From contig CAWFXL010000001.1 of NCBI GenBank assembly GCA_963819815.1, positions 288,001 to 352,000 on the forward strand: DNA of 64,000 nucleotides, written 5' to 3'. Position numbers and translations under genes: made by a program. Positions 20,560 through 28,424 of this stretch are shown in pieces; position 1 is the stretch's first letter; every line of letters starts with the position of its first letter. A model generated the notes under the pieces. That model searched no databases. It was given only the letters and a program-made list of their open reading frames with translations, and was not told where the DNA came from. This DNA comes from an uncultured bacterium (GTDB taxonomy: Bacteria > Babelota > Babeliae > Babelales > Babelaceae).

Positions 20560-20837
20560 GGAACTCCTTGAAGTATGTCGAGGTATATACTACAAGTATT
20601 TAGGCCCCGACAGCTGCAATGTTTTTATTATTAATATTATATATTTAATTATATAAGAAAATATTGTTTGGTCAAGAGGTGTTAGGTAGAGTTCTTGGAG
20701 GTCCTAGCTCTACTGGGAGCTGTACAAGAAGATCATTAAGGTCAATATGTACTTGTAATTGATGTATAACCATGACTTATGGTAACCCCTTTGTAACATA
20801 CTATGCTGGTCAGCCGGCCTTTGAGTTAGAGTAAGGG

Positions 20838-22178
20838 TTATGTAGTAATTTCCATGCGTTGTGCCACCTGCCTGAAGTTCTTTAAGGCACCAGCGATCGC
20901 ATATAGGGGGTACGTATGTACTCTGGCATCTTTTTCATAGTTCAGTGTTGAAAAGCGAATGCCGAAAGGCGAGTGTGGGTGGCTATCTAAAAACATCATT
21001 AAGCTCTGGAGTCTTTTTTCAGTGCCACTTTTAACCTCTATAGGTATTATCGATTCATTATCTTGCATGAGATAATCAACTTCAGCCTGACTGTTTCGCG
21101 CCTGTCTCACCCAATAGTATAACTCAGAGTCCATATGGGGGTTTGAATACCCAAGGAGTTCTTGGCCTACAAATGATTCAACTATTTCACCTTTATTAAT
21201 AAGCGCTTCAAGTGGATTCAAAAACCAAGCACTCATATCTTTTTTTAATACTGCTTGGGCAAGTGCAACATCTAAAAAGATTACCTTAAAGGAAGCGCTT
21301 TGAGTGTGAGCTCCAAGAGGAATGCCTTGGCCCGCAGAATGCGTTACCTTATGAATTACGCCTGCTGTAGCCAGTAAGTCAAGTGCAGGAGCTAATTCTC
21401 TCTTGCGATAATCTCCTTCGATTGAGCTATATCTAAATTGTTGCGTTAAAAAACGAGGTACATTTTCAAAAATGATATCGACGTATTTTTCTTGAAATTT
21501 AGTCGCATACTTTTTAAAGTCCTGCTTGTATGCATTGATGAGATCATGTTGGATAGCAAAGCATTCAAGGGGATCTCGCGTTTCTTTCCAGTGGTGGACT
21601 ATCTCCGGCATTCCACCTAGAGCGATATACTGACCAACTGATTCAAGCAATTTCTTATGCAGAGGTTCGCTGAATGGCGCTTGGGATCTTAAAATCTCTT
21701 TTATAATGCCTTCGTGACCAATTGCATAGAGAAACTCTATAAATGTCATAGGATACATATGTAGGAAAGTTACTCTACCTACGGGAGCGCCGATTTTTTC
21801 AAGGGTAAAATCTAACAATGAGCCAGCAGCAATGATATGAATTTGGGGAATCATTTCGTAAAAATAGCGAAGAGCTAGGACAATCTGTGGAGCTGTTTGA
21901 ATCTCATCGAAAAAAAGAAGCACTTTCCCAGGGATAATTGGCCGGTTAAGCTCAAGGGAAAGGTCTCGCAGAATTCTTTGAGGGTCAAGGTCCTTTTCGA
22001 AGTAACCTTTCATCTCTGGCTTTAATTCAAAATTGATCTCTATAAAATCGTCAAAAGATTTTCCCAGTTGCCTGACTGCATAGGTCTTGCCCACCTGCCT
22101 TGCTCCTCGCAACAAGATAGGTTTGGGCCGGGGACTAAGTTTCCACTGCTTTAGGTCGTAGTCTATAAGCCTCTTCAA
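20838..22178 (-). CDS. DUF4143 AAA+ ATPase (intact ATPase plus PD-(D/E)xK-like C-terminus)
   Basis: GARQVGKT, FFDEIQ, GGMPE and AEVDYL...IPIEVKSG. Confidence 0.93.
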   Translation of the reverse strand: MKRLIDYDLKQWKLSPRPKPILLRGARQVGKTYAVRQLGKSFDDFIEINFELKPEMKGYFEKDLDPQRILRDLSLELNRPIIPGKVLLFFDEIQTAPQIVLALRYFYEMIPQIHIIAAGSLLDFTLEKIGAPVGRVTFLHMYPMTFIEFLYAIGHEGIIKEILRSQAPFSEPLHKKLLESVGQYIALGGMPEIVHHWKETRDPLECFAIQHDLINAYKQDFKKYATKFQEKYVDIIFENVPRFLTQQFRYSSIEGDYRKRELAPALDLLATAGVIHKVTHSAGQGIPLGAHTQSASFKVIFLDVALAQAVLKKDMSAWFLNPLEALINKGEIVESFVGQELLGYSNPHMDSELYYWVRQARNSQAEVDYLMQDNESIIPIEVKSGTEKRLQSLMMFLDSHPHSPFGIRFSTLNYEKDARVHTYPLYAIAGALKNFRQVAQRMEITT

Positions 22179-22198
22179 AAGATCCCTTTCATCATACG

Positions 22199-22318
22199 AT
22201 GGTCAAAAAACAAACCTAACTTTGACCTGAATTGGTCGAAATTCAAACCAATAATAACACAATTATGGTCAAAAAACAAACCTAATTTTGGCCTGACTTG
22301 GTCGAAAATCAAACCAAT
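22199..22318. repeat. Four phased repeats, exact 33-bp period (66-bp higher-order duplication), upstream of AAA+ ATPase
   Basis: GGTC(A/G)AAAnnCAAACC at 22201, 22234, 22267 and 22300. Confidence 0.9.
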
Positions 22319-22516
22319 GTAAAAAAGTCTGGAATTTGTGGAAAAAGGAGAATGTTGCAGATATGCTTTCATTAAGGACCATCCGCGGGAATGACCTAAG
22401 GAATGGTTTCGTCAAGTTTGCCTGAATGCATACAGAAAGCCCATAAGTACCTCTTGAGATAGACCACATGCTACCTAAGAGTAGGGCGGTCGGAGAATAT
22501 GATAAATTATTACAAA

Positions 22517-22544
22517 TTGACAAAAACAACTCTTTCGATATACT
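22517..22544 (+). promoter_or_regulatory. Sigma70-like promoter
   Basis: TTGACA-16 bp-TATACT upstream of the gene at 22614. Confidence 0.65.
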
Positions 22545-22613
22545 AAATTAACGAAGTAGATGTACAATCCCAAGGAATAATCTTAGGAGATTATCTTTTA
22601 ACCAAGGAATCAT

Positions 22614-23342
22614 ATGACATACACAAAAAATGCACTCTTGTACGCAATACTAGTACTCGCTAGCACATCAACTCACCTCTATGCATCGGAACCTCAGGTC
22701 AAAACTGATGCTTTAGATGAAAACGAAGAAAGAAGAGAAATTCTTATAGCCTATGCTGCTAGATTTGCCATAAACGAGGAACGCGAAGGACTTATTTCAG
22801 CAGAATCTCAGGTCGAAACGTCTTTAGATGGGAAGACACAGACCAAAGCGTTAGAAAATCCAAATAAGATCTTGATTATTTTTGATAAAAAAGAACAATT
22901 TGGACAACTTTTTGCAAAGGCCAAACCGCTCTCTTTAGAAGAGAAAAAAGCTGCACAGATTAAAAATGATATGCAGTACCATGTCGAGCTGCTCAAATCC
23001 AAAGCTTTAGGAGTTCCAAATATGGACGATACTATCCGGGCACATCGAGAACAACTTCTTGCAGAAGCCAAAACGGTAGATGATAAAACCGCTGCACTGA
23101 TTGCAGGCGGCATTAAGCGCGAAGTAGAGCTGCGTGAAGAAGAAACAAGAGAATTTCGTCAACGGGTTGCTATATTTTGTGGTAGCAATACTGATGATTC
23201 TTCTACTAATACTTCTGATACTAGCAGAAATACGCATGACGCTTCTACCAGTTCAGCTACTGATGATGTAGAACGAGAATTAGCAAGAATAGAAGCCGAA
23301 GAAGCATATAATCTATTTAGGGAGATGAGAAGCGCAAGATAA
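22614..23342 (+). CDS. Hypothetical secreted helical protein
   Basis: RBS AAGGAA, signal peptide ending HLYA and charged helical body. Confidence 0.75.
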   Translation: MTYTKNALLYAILVLASTSTHLYASEPQVKTDALDENEERREILIAYAARFAINEEREGLISAESQVETSLDGKTQTKALENPNKILIIFDKKEQFGQLFAKAKPLSLEEKKAAQIKNDMQYHVELLKSKALGVPNMDDTIRAHREQLLAEAKTVDDKTAALIAGGIKREVELREEETREFRQRVAIFCGSNTDDSSTNTSDTSRNTHDASTSSATDDVERELARIEAEEAYNLFREMRSAR

Positions 23343-23463
23343 TTATCTCGATTTCATCGAGGTACTATCTTCTAACAACTCTTGCATATCTCATTTGCCG
23401 GTAATATTACACCTGAAATAAGAAAGAGCCTGTACCTATAATGGAGTACAGGCTCTCGTGATG

Positions 23464-25761
23464 TTAGTTACGCGCAGCATGCTGCTTATCAGATCCAATA
23501 TTTTTAGGATCTTTATTGAGCATGTAATAACACAAGAGTCCGGCGCCAGCAGCGAGTGCTCCAACGGCAACCTTCTCGCCCATTGACCATTTACTAGATT
23601 TGGCATTCTTATTTGGTTTAGTAGGAGAAAGGGTTGTCCTAGAAAGCTTAAAGAGATTTGATAAGTCATCCCTATCTAGAGACTCGATTCTTTGAGCAAG
23701 CGTTATCGTGCTCACTGAATCATAGTAGATTTTACTTACATCTGCTTTGACGAAGTCTTGCCATTCCATTAAATCTGCAAATACCGATGGATCTTTTTCA
23801 TAAGCTTTAAATAAGGTCACCAGTACTGCGTCCTTGTTTGAGCGGGCTCTTTGTGCAAGCTTAGCAAAAGCTAATGCCTCTTTTCTATGCTCAGTCGGGC
23901 TTACATCCTCTCTAAAACCATCAACGGCCTTGTCTTCAGTTGCTCGGTCAACTAAGTCTCTTTCGGAAATGAAGGCACGAAGTACATAGTGTAACGCTGA
24001 GGCAAATATCCCCTTTTTAGGCGCCTTCTTTCTCTGCGGATTGATATTTAAGCGCTGGGTAATACGTTCACCAATAGTCCGGCGCCAGCTGCGAGTGCTC
24101 AACTCTGGATCTTCTGGATCATAGTCCACTTTATCTATATCTTCTCCAGCATCGAATAAAGTTTCGAACCAATATTCCCCATCCTTAAGTACTGTTGGAT
24201 CTTTTTCATAAAGTTTATACAGGGTTTGCAGTTTTGATTGACCATTTGCATCTTCAGAGTATACAATCCTGGCAACCTCTAAAAAGCCGTCGACTTCAGT
24301 GTCGGGGTCCCCAGCTAATTCTCTTTCGGTAATAAAGCAACGAAGCACATTACGTAGCGAAGTAGCTTGTCTAAGAGCTCTCCTTCTATTTGCGTTCATG
24401 CTTAAGCGCTCCACTAAGCGGTCACCAATAGCCCTGAGTCGCATCGTAGGATTATAACTTCCAAGATTAAAATACCGTGTTTCCGAGGTATTTGTTGTAT
24501 TCAGAGTGTAGTTATGATCTGTATTCCACAGAACGGATTCGGTTGCTAATGCAGCCCTATTGTGATTAAATGAAGCTCTTTCAATCTTCTCATGGAGTTC
24601 AACTATTTCTTGACGGAGCCTTCTTACCTGCCTAATTTCATAATCAGATGAAGCTCGTGCAATCCTCTCATAAAGCTCTGCAATTTCTTGATGGTGCCTT
24701 CTTATTTGCCAATTTTCAGATGAAGCTCGTGCAATCTTCTGGTGGAGCTCAGCAATTTCTTGGTGGAGCATTCTTACTTGTCTATTTCCACGATCAGATG
24801 AACTTCGAGCCAGCTTCTCATTAAGTTCAGCAATTTCTTGATGGAGCTTTTTTACTTGCATTTGCACCTGATCAGAAGAAGCTCGGGCCATTCTCTCATT
24901 GAGCTCAGCTATTTCTTGATGGAGTCTTTTTATCTGTTCATCTGACGAGTTGGGTTTCTCTGTCGAATGAGTTGTGTCTGGAATGTGTGTAGGAGTTGTA
25001 CTTGGCCGACTTGGAGAAGGTGGCTGTGGTTTATTCTCTTGCGGCTTATTTTCTTGACCTAAAGAAGGAGTAGGAAGTGGGTTAGTTGCTCCGAAAAGTG
25101 GTTCAGTTGGCTTACTCACTTGAATGAACGGAGATTCTTCTGGGGTACTTTTTTGCACAAGAGGGGCTTTAGGAGCTATGCTTGGCCAACTAAAAGTAGG
25201 TAGATGAGTGGTAATCGTTGCTCTACCGAAAGAAGAATCGTTTGTTGTATTTTGTTTTTGACCTAAAGAGGCTGCTTGAGGTGCATTATAACCACCAAGG
25301 GGTAGTTCAGTTGGCTTAGTTACCTGAACAGGCGGGGCGGCTTTCTCCGGTGTACTTGGTTTATACGTAAAAATAGGTTGATGAGATGTAGTCGTTGCTC
25401 TACCAAAAGAAGCATCATTCTTTGTAGTTTGTGTTATTGTTTGTTTTTGACCTAAGCTGGTGGTTTGAGTCATGGTCGCGCGCCCAAAAGAACTATCAGG
25501 AGTTGCACCGTGCTGACCCAAGGAGGATATCTGAGTCGTAGTGGTTCTACCTAAAGTTGAGCTGCTGATTGCCTGTTTCTGAGCAGTAATGGTTGATGCA
25601 TGTGTAGTGGTAGCTCTACCAAAAGCTAGTGGTTGTTCCACCAAAGGTTTTTGAGTCGCTTGCTCGCTACTGACCATTTGTTTTTGTACTACCATTGCAT
25701 TGAGAGGGTAGTTTCTAAAGAGTCCGCTTGATAGGAGAAGAAATATTCTAAGCTTATTCAC
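23464..25761 (-). CDS. Secreted repetitive protein: (S/A)FGRAT repeats, Pro-rich linker, 5 coiled-coil repeats, duplicated domain, C-terminal TM
   Basis: Repeats visible in the translation; GTG start with signal peptide; terminal VAVGALAAGAGLLCYYML. Confidence 0.85.
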   Translation of the reverse strand: MNKLRIFLLLSSGLFRNYPLNAMVVQKQMVSSEQATQKPLVEQPLAFGRATTTHASTITAQKQAISSSTLGRTTTTQISSLGQHGATPDSSFGRATMTQTTSLGQKQTITQTTKNDASFGRATTTSHQPIFTYKPSTPEKAAPPVQVTKPTELPLGGYNAPQAASLGQKQNTTNDSSFGRATITTHLPTFSWPSIAPKAPLVQKSTPEESPFIQVSKPTEPLFGATNPLPTPSLGQENKPQENKPQPPSPSRPSTTPTHIPDTTHSTEKPNSSDEQIKRLHQEIAELNERMARASSDQVQMQVKKLHQEIAELNEKLARSSSDRGNRQVRMLHQEIAELHQKIARASSENWQIRRHHQEIAELYERIARASSDYEIRQVRRLRQEIVELHEKIERASFNHNRAALATESVLWNTDHNYTLNTTNTSETRYFNLGSYNPTMRLRAIGDRLVERLSMNANRRRALRQATSLRNVLRCFITERELAGDPDTEVDGFLEVARIVYSEDANGQSKLQTLYKLYEKDPTVLKDGEYWFETLFDAGEDIDKVDYDPEDPELSTRSWRRTIGERITQRLNINPQRKKAPKKGIFASALHYVLRAFISERDLVDRATEDKAVDGFREDVSPTEHRKEALAFAKLAQRARSNKDAVLVTLFKAYEKDPSVFADLMEWQDFVKADVSKIYYDSVSTITLAQRIESLDRDDLSNLFKLSRTTLSPTKPNKNAKSSKWSMGEKVAVGALAAGAGLLCYYMLNKDPKNIGSDKQHAARN

Positions 25762-25841
25762 GAAATCACCTCATGCTATAGTTATTTATTTTTTTGTAGT
25801 ATTTCTAGTATGACAAAATTGTAAAGAAACTCTAGAGGTCC

Positions 25842-26471
25842 CTAAGAATTTAGAGGAATGGTACATCTAAATGGGCATAGTCCAGTCTTCTCCAAAGTTG
25901 CGTTGCCTTGTGGCGGGATATGTATTTTAAAATTCCCGAGCGAAATTATTGTATCATCATCACTGAACATTTGAAGGGCCTTCAAAATACCAATAAAGGT
26001 AACGTAGGTTACCACAATCCCATAAAAAGCCATCTGAGCCTTGTTCTTTTTAGAGATAGCGGTCTTGAGCTCTTCTTGCCATTGAGCACGGTGTTCCTTA
26101 GTATATGCTGCATTCTTTTTGGGGTGTGTACTCTGATGCGTTGGGCGGGTACCTGTAGCAGGCATTCTTGGTTGAGAAGAAGGTTCCTCGGGTACACGTA
26201 CATCATAGGCTCTGCGCTTTTGGGGATCATGAAGAACGTCATAAGCGTTGCTAATCAGACTAAACTTATCTGTAGCCTCAGGGCTTTGGTTCTTATCCGG
26301 GTGCCATTGTAAGGCAAGCTTTCTGTACGCTTTCTTAATATCTTCAACTGAAGCATCGGTTGAAACCTCAAGTGTCTGATAATAGCCTAATACGTCATAT
26401 ACTCTTGCATTGAGAGCGTGTCCCCAGAAAAGCCCGCTCACGAAGAGCAGACGTAGTACTTTAAATTTCAC
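25842..26471 (-). CDS. DnaJ (J-domain) protein with signal peptide and C-terminal TM
   Basis: YYQTLEV...[17 protein letters not shown]...AYDVL..P.KRRAYD, with HPD intact. Confidence 0.92.
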   Translation of the reverse strand: MKFKVLRLLFVSGLFWGHALNARVYDVLGYYQTLEVSTDASVEDIKKAYRKLALQWHPDKNQSPEATDKFSLISNAYDVLHDPQKRRAYDVRVPEEPSSQPRMPATGTRPTHQSTHPKKNAAYTKEHRAQWQEELKTAISKKNKAQMAFYGIVVTYVTFIGILKALQMFSDDDTIISLGNFKIHIPPQGNATLEKTGLCPFRCTIPLNS

Positions 26472-26636
26472 GAAACCCCCTTATATCAGGTATCGGTCTT
26501 ATTTTTTCATAGGTATTTCCAGTATGACAACATAGCCTAATCTTGCAAAAGGGTCGGTTTAGACGGAGTTTCCATGAAGAAAGCATCCTTGCACCTGCTC
26601 AAACGCAAAATTCAGCTATCTTAATGCACTAATTAA

Positions 26637-26765
26637 GCTCTTTAACAATCTGAGTCCCTTGGCAAACTAGCCGACTTAAGGGGCTCCAGTAGGGCATTAT
26701 AAGCACGCGAGCCCCTTGCAATGTCCTGCTATACGCCCGTGCGGCCGCCTAAGCGCCTTCAGCCC
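26637..26765 (+). ncRNA. Candidate structured RNA preceded by boxA-like sequence
   Basis: GCTCTTTAACAA at 26637, then a GC-rich non-coding island with two stems containing G-U pairs on the + strand and alternative pairings. Confidence 0.4.
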
Positions 26766-26847
26766 TTGAGAAAAATTCCCCTAATGGTATACTTGTAGTG
26801 AGTATAGAAGCTCAAAGGCTTATTTTATTACCTGAAAGGTCACACCT

Positions 26848-27579
26848 ATGTCATTTAACCCAGTAAAAGACGCATTCTCCAATAGAGAGCTATATGGATC
26901 ATCCCAAGCTATGACGCAATCGGGAACACTTGCAAAAATATCCTATCTCTTTGCTGCTCTAGCAGTTGGGGCAGGGCTTGGATGGTACCTGTTTGCAGGT
27001 CAATCATCTCTGATGGGCATAGCTCTAGGGGGCGGATTTATTCTGAGTTTGGTTTGTGGCATCATAGCAGTATTTGCGCCGCACCTGACTCCGTATGTTG
27101 CTCTACCCTATGCTTTTGGACAAGGTATAACTCTGAGCATTATGGCTCTGACATTAGAAATAGTCTATCCAGGAATACCATTAGCTGCGGTTACGCTCTC
27201 AGGAGCAACTGCTGTAGCGATGTTATTACTGTATCGTCTTGAAATTATCAAAGTTACCGAAACTCTTCGAAGCGTATTGCTTACCGCCACAGCTGCTATT
27301 GCTGTTACGTATTTGATTGTGTTTGTATCATCATTCTTTGGTATGAACACCACATCATTCTATCAAAATTCAAGTCTCTTAAGTATTGGATTTAGTCTCT
27401 TTGTCGTGGGAATTGCGGCATTCAATCTTCTCTTAGATTTTGATCTGATTGAGAAGGGTGAAGAACGAGGACTTCCTAAATTCATGGAATGGTATGCAGC
27501 ATTTAGCTTACTCGTAACGCTTATCTGGCTCTACCTTGAAATCGTTCGCTTACTTGTAAAACTTTCTCGACGCCGATAA
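26848..27579 (+). CDS. Bax inhibitor-1/YccA family membrane protein
   Basis: 7 TM; AAFNLLLDFDLIE..EWYAAFSLLVTLIWLYLEIVRLL signature. Confidence 0.92.
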   Translation: MSFNPVKDAFSNRELYGSSQAMTQSGTLAKISYLFAALAVGAGLGWYLFAGQSSLMGIALGGGFILSLVCGIIAVFAPHLTPYVALPYAFGQGITLSIMALTLEIVYPGIPLAAVTLSGATAVAMLLLYRLEIIKVTETLRSVLLTATAAIAVTYLIVFVSSFFGMNTTSFYQNSSLLSIGFSLFVVGIAAFNLLLDFDLIEKGEERGLPKFMEWYAAFSLLVTLIWLYLEIVRLLVKLSRRR

Positions 27580-27600
27580 GATACACAGTTTTGATTCCAT

Positions 27601-27627
27601 AAGAGGAGCTTAACGCTCCTCTTTTTT
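27601..27627 (+). terminator. Rho-independent terminator
   Basis: AAGAGGAGC-TTAAC-GCTCCTCTT followed by a T run. Confidence 0.8.
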
Positions 27628-27752
27628 GGTGGTTTTTTATTTTAGGAACCTTGGGATACAAGTCAGCTGAGGTACCTACTTAACAGATCATTGGCAAGGC
27701 ACCCGGCACTCAAGATTGATGACAGTAATTGAGCATGGTGAATCAGCATCCT

Positions 27753-28247
27753 TTATTTTTTGCGGGCATAGGTACCCATAATCTGGGCCGTTGCAAGTAT
27801 ATGGCCTTTCATTGCTGACTCAAGCTGTTCTTTAGTGCTGCCTGCAGGTAGAGATAGCAGAGTATCAAGAGCATACAGCTTAAAATAATAGCGATGAGTT
27901 TGCCCTTCAGGAGGGTACGGACCTCCATAGCCCTGTTTACCATAAGAATTTATGCCCTGCACACTACCCTTGGCATCAGAAGGAAGACTGGTCTCAGTTG
28001 TTGGAATATTGAAGATTACCCAATGTACCCAAGGCTGCGCCGTTGGTGCATCGGGATCATCGCAAATCAGAGCGAAGGACTTTGTTTTTTCAGGAGTACC
28101 ATTCCACGAAAGCCGGGGTACTATGTTGCCAGACTTCCAGCCACTTTCAAGCGGTAAAGGTTGTCCATCGCTAAATGAGGCGGTGAGTTTTAACGAGTGT
28201 GCCTGAGTTGATACTGTCATAAGCAAAAGTCCATAAAGTAGTTTCAT
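27753..28247 (-). CDS. YbhB/YbcL family PEBP (Raf kinase inhibitor-like) protein, exported
   Basis: DDPDAP..WVHWVIFNIP and YGGPYPP..HRYYFKLYALD; signal peptide MKLLYGLLLMTVSTQA. Confidence 0.93.
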   Translation of the reverse strand: MKLLYGLLLMTVSTQAHSLKLTASFSDGQPLPLESGWKSGNIVPRLSWNGTPEKTKSFALICDDPDAPTAQPWVHWVIFNIPTTETSLPSDAKGSVQGINSYGKQGYGGPYPPEGQTHRYYFKLYALDTLLSLPAGSTKEQLESAMKGHILATAQIMGTYARKK

Positions 28248-28424
28248 AGTTCGATCCTTTTTTTTAAGTATCTCTAAATCAGTACCAATAATCAATAGTT
28301 CCAGAGAATCCTCCTCATTGAGAATAAGCGGGTACGTGAAGAAATGTTGATTTCTTTAGGGAGAATTCCGTATACTACACATCATTATGAACGTCAAAGA
28401 AGAAACATGTAAGAGGGCGAGTTT

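Noticed and set aside
22199..22318. CRISPR array
   Set aside because: The period is only 33 bp, spacers 1 and 3 are near-identical rather than unique, and there are no cas genes.
22175..22372. 65-aa ORF (GLIFDQ/GLFFDH repeats)
   Set aside because: It is a translation of the 33-bp DNA repeat overlying the ATPase promoter region, with no independent coding evidence.
26637..26765. tRNA, SRP RNA, tmRNA, RNase P or c-di-GMP-I riboswitch
   Set aside because: No TpsiC/CCA, no GGAAGGAAGCAG, no GAGGAAAGUCC; GGCAAAC is not followed by the GAAA/GACGCAAAG elements.
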